From the NCBI RefSeq assembly GCF_009914755.1, contig NC_060927.1: a stretch of 64,000 bases of DNA, one strand, 5' to 3'. A model generated the notes under the pieces. The model made no database searches and had not been told where the DNA came from. It saw only the letters and a list, made by a program, of their open reading frames with translations. Source of the DNA: the human T2T-CHM13v2.0 reference genome, Homo sapiens. Position 1 is the first letter of the stretch. Each line of letters opens with the position of its first letter. This document shows positions 55,073 to 64,000 of the stretch, one piece after another. Made by a program: the position numbers and the translations under genes.

Positions 55073-55513
55073 CAGTCATGCATTGCTGTAGGGATATGTT
55101 CTGAGAAATGTGTTCTTAGGCAATTTTGACACTGCAGTCAGTTGTAACGCAATGGTATGTACTTGTGTACCTAAACTTGGAAAAGGTACAGTAAAAGTAT
55201 GGTATAGAAGATGACAAAGAGTCCACCTGCATAGGGCCCTGACCATAAATAGAGCTTGCAGAACTGGAAGTTGCTGTGGGTCAGTGAGTGAATGTGAAAG
55301 TCTAGAACATTACTGTACACTACAGTAGACCTTATAAACACTGTACACCTGGGTGACACTAAGTTTATAAAAAATAAAATAATTGCACTGATACTATGAC
55401 AGCTGTGATCTCACTAGATAACAGGAATTTTCAGCTCCATTATAATCTTATGGGACCACTGCTGTATATGTGATCTGTCGTTGACCTAAATGTCTCTATG
55501 TAGTGCTTGATTG
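55073..55513. mobile_element. Tigger3-family DNA transposon (internally deleted)
   Basis: TA-flanked cagtcatgca...gttctgagaaatgtgttcttaggcaattt...tgcttgattg. Confidence 0.85.
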
Positions 55514-56304
55514 TATCTGAGAACCAGCCACAGGCACTGACCAACAGATAGGAAGTCAGCGGTGCCAGGCAGTACCCTTTCAGTTCCTGGTTCAGGAGAA
55601 GGTCTGATGGAGGATTCCTGGGGGAACAACGCTCTCTACCAACTATAACAGCACATTTCAACCCCTGATGAATATCAGACCTCCCTGTGGACAAACAGAA
55701 ATATTGGATACTTCCTTACCATGCCCTTTACACTCCTCTCTGTGCTTTTAAACCTGGCCCTTTCTTCATAGACCATCTTAATTGCCACTTTTCTCACACA
55801 ATGCCATAGAGAAGTCACCTTTCTCTGTTATTGTGAATTCCCATAGCGTGTCCCTAATGTACCTCTCTTAGGACACAGAACTTTTACATTACATTAGAGC
55901 TATTAGCATACATGTTGTATTTGCTTCTAGGATGATAACTTAGATCTACAAACTGACAACTCACAGGCTCAACTCAGCTTGCAGTGACTGGTGAAACCTG
56001 AAAGTATATATTTTTTAATGATAAATTTCAGACTTCGGATTTCAAAACTCTGTCTTTCTGGCTTCTTCTGAAGCACTGGCAAGCCTGGCCCCACTGGGCC
56101 TGTCTGCTCTGGTAGTTACAGTGGGCTAGGTCTGCGAAGCGGGTGCCCCACGCCCAGCTCCCAGAAGGGAAGCCAGCTCTTCGTTTCTCCACAATTCCCG
56201 CATGGCCTGTTTCACTCCTGCCGGATCCCTGTCAGCAGTGGAGTTTGCAGCCCTGCTGTAACAACTTTGAGGGCAGAAAGCATTCCTTACTAATCTTGGT
56301 TTGG

Positions 56305-56535
56305 TGTGATGATTAAAAGCACAGATATTGGGCCCAAACTATTTAGGGTCCTATTTAGTGCTGATGCTCACTAGCGTGTGGGCCTCGGCAAGGTACTTAT
56401 CCTTTCCTTGATCCGGCTTTCTCTTCTGTAAAATGAGGATAACAACATTGTAGTGCCTACTTGATAGTATTCTTGTGATGATTAAATGAGCTAATACATA
56501 TAAGGTGCTTAAAACAGTGCCTGGTAGGTAGCTAG
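56305..56535 (+). mobile_element. MIR
   Basis: ctgtaaaatgaggataac...attaaatgagctaatacatataaggtgcttaaaacagtgcctgg. Confidence 0.85.
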
Positions 56536-56797
56536 CCATCCAATGTCAGCTTCATCTACTAGTTGCAGTAGAGATGATAGAATATTCCTCACAGAACCTA
56601 GCATACATAGTAGGTATACAAACACATTTACTAAATGAATGAACAAATTACATATCATTTACAAAGTCCTCACAGAAACTGGGCTAACCCAGATGGCAGC
56701 CTGATATAATGGAATGCTCATCAATGTGGCTATCCTGGATCAATCAGTTGAGGGTCAAGAGGACATGATTCGGCTGTTTCAACTTTAACCTATCACA

Positions 56798-57094
56798 GGC
56801 TGGGAGCGGTGGCTCATGCCTGTAACCCCAGCATTTTGGGAGGTGGAGGTGGGTGGATTGCTTGAGCTTAGGAGTTTGAGACCAGCCTGGGCAACATGGC
56901 AAAAGCCCTTCTCTACAAAAATAAATAAATAAATAAAATTAGCTGGGTGCGGTGGTGAACCTGTAGTCCCAGCTACTCAGGAGGCTGAGGAGAGAGAACT
57001 ACTCGAGCGCAGGAGGTTGAGGCTGCAGTGAGCTGTGGTTGCACCACTGCACTCCAGCCTGGGTGACAAAGTGAGACCCTGTTTAAAAAAAAAA
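56798..57094 (+). mobile_element. Alu (AluJ-like)
   Basis: Dimer; TSD-like aactttaacct/aactttagcct. Confidence 0.93.
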
Positions 57095-57842
57095 CTTTAG
57101 CCTGTGAAAAGATATCTATATATGTATCCAAGGGAAAACAACAAAACAAAACATCAGGTTGAATGGTGGAGATTGTACGCTAATTATCCAAGTACACAAT
57201 TCTCAAAGTTCCAATAAGATTGTCTGAATTCCAGTCAAGGTCCTCCAAAACTTCTAACCAGAGGTGTTTGGGGACAATACGGCAGAAGAAAGGGGATGGT
57301 GTGGTCATAGCGTGGAAGTGAAGTGCTCCTGCAGAGACGTTCATTATTTCCACTGAGGTTGTATGTTCATTGGAATGGCTAGAGGAGGTTCGTTGATGGA
57401 AATTATGGGAGAATCAACTTTTTCTTCCTTGTACAAGACCTCTTCCAGGTACAACTCTCAGTCTACATCAATGACCATATACTAGTTGAAGGGACTAAGC
57501 AGTGATGAAGATAATAGCCACATTCCAATGCAGAGAAAACAGACATTCACTTCTAGAAACATCTAACTCTTCGCAATGTCTCTCAAAAAGAAAACGCCAT
57601 GGAACATAGTTGAGTACTCTTGGCCCTTATCCCTGAACCTATGGTGAGGGATTCTAATTCAAAAGTGATTTGCATCCCTATGGTGGATACCTTATGGATG
57701 ACGTTTAACTGAGCCTAAACCAGAGGAAAAGTACTCAGTAAAAGAAACTTTATCACCCTCACGAAAGGCCAACAGCTGGAAGATATTTTGTACCTATTCT
57801 AATTAAGGTAGATGCTTTGCTTTTCTTCTGGAATTCCTGCAG

Positions 57843-57998
57843 GAATGACCACGGGGAGAATGATGTCAGTAGATCATCATCTCCAGGCCAAGAGTTGTTC
57901 CTTCCAAAAACAAGACCCCAGAACTCCATCTAGAAGGGATCAGCCAAGACTTGGGCACCTTCGCCTGCAGGCCACAGTTCAGTTGTGTTAGAGGAGAG
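57843..57998 (+). other. Candidate internal non-coding exon (156 nt)
   Basis: Branch-like ttctaat, pyrimidine tract, tcctgcag| acceptor and GAG|GTAAGC donor in unique DNA; no transcript evidence available. Confidence 0.4.
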
Positions 57999-58586
57999 GT
58001 AAGCTGTGATGATTTTGAAAGCCGAGATCTGACGTGGCCTTAAATTCATGTGATAACAAGTTTCCAGTCCTGGATTTGGAAGATCTCCAAGGAAACTTCT
58101 TTCCAGAGCATCAAACGAAGCCAAGAGAGATTACGACATCTGGGACCAGCACTGAACATTTGAAGGTGATGATTGTTTAGGCAAGTGATTTACTGGTGAC
58201 CTGCAGGGAAAACAAAGTCAAGCAGAGAAGGGGACTGACGTGGCAGGCAGAAGCAGCCAGTGAAAGCTGGTGGTATGAATCATCAGTGGCCCCGAGCCAA
58301 AATAAGTACCTAAGAGTGAAGTAGAAGAGATTGGTGGAGGGGACAGGAGACCTGTGTTCTGGTCCCAACTTGGCCACTTATTTTCTGTGACCTTATATGA
58401 GAGGCTTTGCTGTTGAACTTTTTTTGTCTCCCTCTATAGCATAGAAGAGGAAGATTAGGTCTCAACATTCAAATCTCAAAAGCCTTCAGGGACCAGGCTG
58501 GAAACATCTATCATGAAGGAGATTGGGTGAGACAATAAAGAGGCAGGGAATGTGGGTGATTGCGGCTATCCAAAAGAGTATCCACT

Positions 58587-58898
58587 GCTGGGTATGGTAG
58601 GTCGCACCTGTAGTCCCAGTTACTTGGGAGACTGAGGTGGGAGGCTTGCTTGAGGCCAGCAGTTCAAGACCAGCCTGGACAACATAGCAAGACCTTGTCT
58701 TTAAAAAAGTAAAAAAAATATATATATATTAGCAGGATGTGGTCTCATGTGCCTCGAGTCCCAGCTACTTGCGAGGCTGAAGTCTGGGGGATCGCTTGAG
58801 CCCAGGAGTTTGAGGCTGCAGTGAGCTATGATTGTGCCACTGCATTCCAGCCAGGGTGACAGAGCAAGACCCTGTCTCCAGGAAAAAGTAAAAATGTA
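58587..58898 (+). mobile_element. AluJo-like
   Basis: Dimer; TSD aaaagagt(a/g)tccact. Confidence 0.93.
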
Positions 58899-59313
58899 AA
58901 AAAGAGTGTCCACTCCTGGCTAAAATCTTTCAGGTGCATTATTGCTAAAGTGCTGCATGATGAATGTGCCTCTGTTCTGACTTGGCCTGCAGACTGTTAT
59001 CTTATTCATCCATGGGAACCGAATGATGCCCAGGGCCACATATGGCCCTAAGCTTTTGGGTATCTGTGATCCTAAAATGGGTCCATCTCACTCTTAAATA
59101 CTAAGGACATGGGGCTGTAGCTTGTTTGGATGAAGAGCATGGGCTCTGCAGTAATGTGGGGTTGAGTCTTCTGCTCTGTCACTAACTAGGGGCCCATGTT
59201 CCACTGTTTGTGCTTCCAAAATTCAACAACTTTGAAAACCAAAAGATTTTCTGTAGGTTTACAGTCATTTGGTGGCAAAACTGACCTGAATTATTTAGAA
59301 AGATCATTTATAC

Positions 59314-59487
59314 CAGAGGTTGACAATTTTTTTTTCCCGTAAAGGGCCAGATAGTATTTTTGGCACTCAGCTCTACCCTTGCAGCAGGGAAGCAGCCATA
59401 AGAAGTGGGCATGGCTGTGTTCCCATAAAACCTGATCTACATAAACAGGTGGGATTTGGCCCACAGGGTGTAGTTTGCTGACTTCTG
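59314..59487. mobile_element. MER58A
   Basis: gtaaagggccagatagta...ggctgtgttcccataaaac...tagtttgctgac. Confidence 0.75.
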
Positions 59488-59579
59488 AAGTATACTATTT
59501 AGCACAAACAATTCAGACATTTTGCTATAGAAATATTAATGATTCTGATTATTGGGTGCTGTCCCAGATACCTCTGGGG

Positions 59580-60092
59580 TTATGGTAGACAGACTAATGG
59601 TCCCCAAAGATGTTTGGGTCCTAATCCCTAAAACCTGTGGATGTGTTACCTTACATGGCAATGGGAACTTTGCAGATGTGATTAAATGGAGGACCTTGAA
59701 GATGCAGAGGTGATCCTACTTTCTCTGGGTGATCACACCTTCCCCAGTGTAATCACATAGGTCCTTCTAGGAGGGGATGCAGAGTCAGAAACACACAAAG
59801 TTCAGATGCACAGGAGACGCTATGACAGTGGCAGAGGTTAGAGAAATGGAAGTTTGAAGATGCTGCGCTCCTGGCTTTGAAGATGGAGGGAGAGGTGTGA
59901 GCCAGGGAAAACACGCAGCCTCTAGAACCTGGAGAAGGCGAGGAAACAGATCCTCCCCTAGGGCCTTCAGGAGGAACACAGCCCTGCTCTCCTTGAGTTT
60001 AGACCTTCTGACCTTCAGAACTGTAAGACAATAAATCTGTATTAAGTCATTAAGTTTGTGGTAATTTTAACAGTAATAATAGAAACTAACAC
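59580..60092 (+). mobile_element. MLT1D-like LTR
   Basis: aatggtccccaaagatg...gaactgtaagacaataaatc...atagaaactaacaca. Confidence 0.88.
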
Positions 60093-62159
60093 AGAGGTAT
60101 AGTGACATATATGGTACATGCACTAAATTTCCTTTCTAAAACCTAAGATTTATGAATATGAAAACTTGTGAGCTGAAAGCTTTGGGTCAGATACTGGCTT
60201 GTGGATTTGTAGTGGCATGATCTTGAGCAAGATCATTCAGCTCCTTAAATCTCAGTTTCCCCATCAATACAGTGGGTATACAATCTTATCTTCCCTTATA
60301 AAGTCATTGAGGAGAGGATGGTGATGTTCCTTCCAGATTCCCCTTCAAGAAAGATGTGCGCAAACTGCAGTAGGCGCTCTTGGTAGGGAGTCTGCCTTTG
60401 GTATCAGCCCAGTAGGGGTTATCTCAGCTGTAGAACACCCTGAGGGGAATCATATCTATGTCAGCTCAGAGTTGAGTATATAGGGCCTGCCATTTCCAAA
60501 ATGCTGAGAACCAAGAGTCAGAATTTCCAGTTATCAGCAAACACTTCAGTCTAAACTTTAAAAATTGGGGAAGCTTGGTGGGTATTTCAAAATAGTTTGC
60601 TAAAGTCGTAGGAAATGCCCAGTCTTCCAGTATTTGGGTGGAGTTGTCCCTCTTGGTGTCCCTATACCCTTCTCACACTTAGTAAATAGTCTCTTTATTA
60701 AAATCTCCCCAAGTTCCCCAATTTAAGTCTGTCATTTGCTTCCTGCTGCAACCCCACTAATGTCAGTAACAATGAACTTTATTAAACATTTGCTGTAAGT
60801 CCTGCAAGCGCAGTGTCATTTACTCCTCGTGAGAATTCCGTGAAATGAGTGTTACTAGTCCAACTTATGGAAGATGAATCTAAAGCTTAAAGAAATTACA
60901 ATCACAGAGTTAGAAAATAACAAACGAGGAACTGAATCCCTACTGAATCCCTACTCCAGCTGTTTGAGTGCAAACTCTGATCTTAAGCACTATGCCATGC
61001 CACTGTGATGGATCATCAAACCTCCATTTCCGCAAAACTCGGCAGATCACTGAAATATTTTTAGAAACTGTTTTTCCCCCCAGCACCAAATAATGATACA
61101 AACAGATTAGTATCTGGTCTACACCGGATAAAAAATGATCAGTGTTATTGCTGACAATTTTCAGATGCACTCACTCCAAGCAGCCTTTCTTCATCTTTTT
61201 CTGAGAGGCTAAAAAAAAGTTTTGAATCTGTGAGATCTATAAGTGGTGGAGTGTGAGTGGGAGGGTGGGAGCAAGAGAGAGAGAGAATGAAAAAGGTCTA
61301 GACAGGCAGGTCATGCTTAAATATCAAATCACTCCCAGCCACGCTTTGGTCTTCAATAAGAGGGTGGCGGATGTACACATTGTGAGTGCTGACCTTTGAA
61401 ATCGAGAGCCAGCTTTTATAGACAGGATCTCAGCTCAGTCCAGCAGAGTGAGAGGCTACGTGCACTAGGGAATGAAATTTTTGTCTGCCAAATTAGACCA
61501 GCCAGAGACCCTTTATCTTTAAACTGGTGGTTCTATCAACCATAGTCCCCACTTAGTGCAGTCATAGATCTTTGTGGCCTCACATTTCCTTTTCAAAGCC
61601 TTCTTGAATATCTTGCACATACAGATGACCTTTAGACTCCATTTAGCAAGTTCTTAAATCTACCCTCATCCCACTGGGATCTGGGTTGGAATAGTGTGAA
61701 CTTTCCCATTAATTTCAGTGCAACTCATTGTCTCCATGAGGCTTCTCTGTTGCAGGCAACAGAATCCAACTCTGGCTAATCTAAGCAAAGAGAAACTTAT
61801 TGAAAATACATTAAGGGCTTGTGAAATTCTGGGGAGACTTGCACAATTTTTAGGGACTAGGTTTGACATGGATAGGAACTAAGGAAGCTTCACAGTATCA
61901 AGGAAGCAGAGAAGAGGGCTCCTCTCTGGAACCTGAAAGTCTGATCCAAATGCCTCTGACTCCACCATGAAAGGCTTCTAGCCAGTTCCTCCTTTTGTAC
62001 TGGGCATGACTCAAAAAGTGTACAGAGAAAGTGCCTGGGTGACTCAGCTGAGGCCTTATTCGCTCTCTCCCACCTCTTCCCAACTCCTTTCACCAACCAG
62101 AGTGGAGAACAGGGGATCTGGCTTTCCCAATTCAAAGTGGTAACCAAGAATTGCCCTCT

Positions 62160-62537
62160 GCAGAAGATGCTGTCAATACCCGTGTGTATCCTCTTGGCCT
62201 CCCCCGGAAGTTGCCTCTAGGTTTGCCTCTACACACATTGGTCATCTCTGTGGCCAGTGGGCTACCCTCAACCCACGAGGGCCAGGATTTGGAAGATCAA
62301 TAGCCCAGCATCCTTCACCCTCAGGAAGAAGTTCTGAAGTGTGTTCCACACAGTCTCTCAGTGCGACTGAGCCAAGTTGCCCACAGCAGTAATCTGTGCA
62401 TTAATGTCAATAAGGGACATTGGCTTCCTCCATTCCACGTTGCACTTCTTAGTGCTTCCTGAGCTCTCCTCCCAAATAAACCATTTGCACCTAAATCTCT
62501 GTCCCAAGATCTGCTTTAGGGGAACCCGTACTAAAAT
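62160..62537 (+). mobile_element. LTR33-like LTR
   Basis: gttgcccacagcagtaatctg...cctcccaaataaaccatttgcacctaaatc. Confidence 0.55.
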
Positions 62538-62794
62538 GTCTTAACCAGGCTCTATGCAAAAGGGTAGAGTCAAGTCCCCAGTAAGCAACTGGGCTGTTAT
62601 GAGGTAAAGGGAATTGATGATGAACAACCACAAATGTCAAATAATCACGCATCCATTAAAATGATAGCAACAAAAAATTTTAAAAAGATTTTTAAAAGGG
62701 GGAAAACCTACTTAAAACTTTTATTTTGCTACCTTGTTTTAAGATAAATAGAATAAGATCTTCCAGTTGTATGATCATGTCTTTTAGAAGTACT

Positions 62795-63295
62795 TGTATT
62801 AGTTATCTGTCACTGTATAAAATACTGTTCCAAAACATGGTGATTTAAAACCATAAACATCTATTATCTCACAGTTTTTGTGGGTCAGTTATTTGGGGAC
62901 AGCTTTGTCAGGAGGGTCTAGCATGGGGGCTCTTGTGAGATTAGAGAAAAGATGTCAGCTGGGGCTGAGGTCACCTGAAGTCTGGAAGATCTGCTTCCAA
63001 GCTGGTGTTCTCACATGGCTGTTGGCAGGAGGCCTCAGTTTCTCACCACATGGGCCTCCCTAAAGGAATGCTTGAGTGTCCTCCTGACACGGCAGATGGT
63101 GGCCCCGAGTGAGTGATCCAGGAAGAGCAGGAGGATGGAAGCTGTCTTTTGAGATCTAGCTTCTGAAGTCACATTATTCATTTCTGCAGAATCCAATTGT
63201 TTACACAAGTCAGCCCTATTCCAAGTAGAAGAGGACTCCATATGAGTGTAAATATCAGGAGGTGGTGAGTACTGGGGACCATTTAGAGGCTGGCA
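62795..63295 (-). mobile_element. MLT1F/H-like LTR
   Basis: tgtattagttatctg...ggctgttggcaggaggcctcagtttctcaccacatgggcc. Confidence 0.8.
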
Positions 63296-64000
63296 CAGTA
63301 CTCATCTTCTTCTACATCAGTCAGCTATTTTTGATGTCTTTATGAAACTGACTAATGAACAATTCTACTGTGGAGTTGAGTCAGGGACCCCCAACCCACA
63401 TCTACTAGGTCCACAACTAGATGCTTAGGGTAACAGTTTACTACGTAGCCAACATGTTCTCTGTTGTGAAAGTAAGGACATCAGTGCAGTGTATTTAACT
63501 TGTGCATGTGATTCTGGCCTTGAGTCTGAGAATAACCAAGTTGCCAGAGTTGGAACCAAAATGTGACTTGTGCTGGATAGACTTGTGTCTGGACAGACAG
63601 TCTCTCCCCTGCCAATTTTCTACCTCCTCCTCCACAGTGAACAGATCCTAAACTCTAGCGTGAAGTAAACAAAAGAGAGAAAATTCCTTTGTAAGCCCAC
63701 CAGAACCTAATAAAAACAGAGCCATATGCTGCAGAACCCAATCCGGAAATTCCAGCTTAACATAAAAAATATAAAATACCGTCCTCAATGTGCCAAGCTT
63801 TTATAAAGAAGATGAGTGACTCTGCCAACCCAAATAAGAGGGAAGGCCAAATGAGTTAAAGTGCCAAGCACATTTTAGAACTACCCTGCCCCCTCCAAAT
63901 CATAAATCCAATGTTAGTAGGGCCTGTGGAGAAGGGCCTGGAAGATTATCTTTCATGGCATTCTTTTTATTCACCAGGGCTTCATGTGCGTGAGTCTTAG

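Noticed and set aside
60930-60955. Short tandem duplications (actgaatccct x2; also tagttacacaac x2 at ~48513-48539)
   Set aside because: Ordinary slippage events within MIR-like DNA.

Overview
Primate (almost certainly human) repeat-dense, gene-poor DNA with no intact protein-coding gene; no tRNA, rRNA or CRISPR array was recognised. Most of the window is Alu, MIR, L2, MaLR/ERV solo LTRs and hAT/Tigger DNA-transposon fossils, many with readable target-site duplications (TSDs). Four features stand out. (1) A full-length processed CCDC137 pseudogene (20815-22947) ends in an SVA2-type VNTR/3' module, and the whole unit sits between one TSD inside a Charlie element. (2) A second ~580 bp CCDC137 fragment lies 2.45 kb upstream, has no polyA or TSD, and shows a gene-conversion-like identity profile against the full copy. 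(3) A compound insertion at 28695-29403 has a single TSD enclosing an antisense Alu, an inverted copy of the flank and a sense L1 3' end. (4) A CpG/CCAAT promoter-like region with splice donors (~34.1-35.0 kb), a well-formed candidate exon (57843-57998) and a homeobox-motif-dense island (~45.1-45.7 kb) suggest a lncRNA/enhancer locus. Repeat subfamily names were assigned by eye from remembered consensus sequences, and boundaries are approximate unless a TSD is quoted. From memory only (unverified), a CCDC137 pseudogene lies at 3p13 near PROK2/RYBP.
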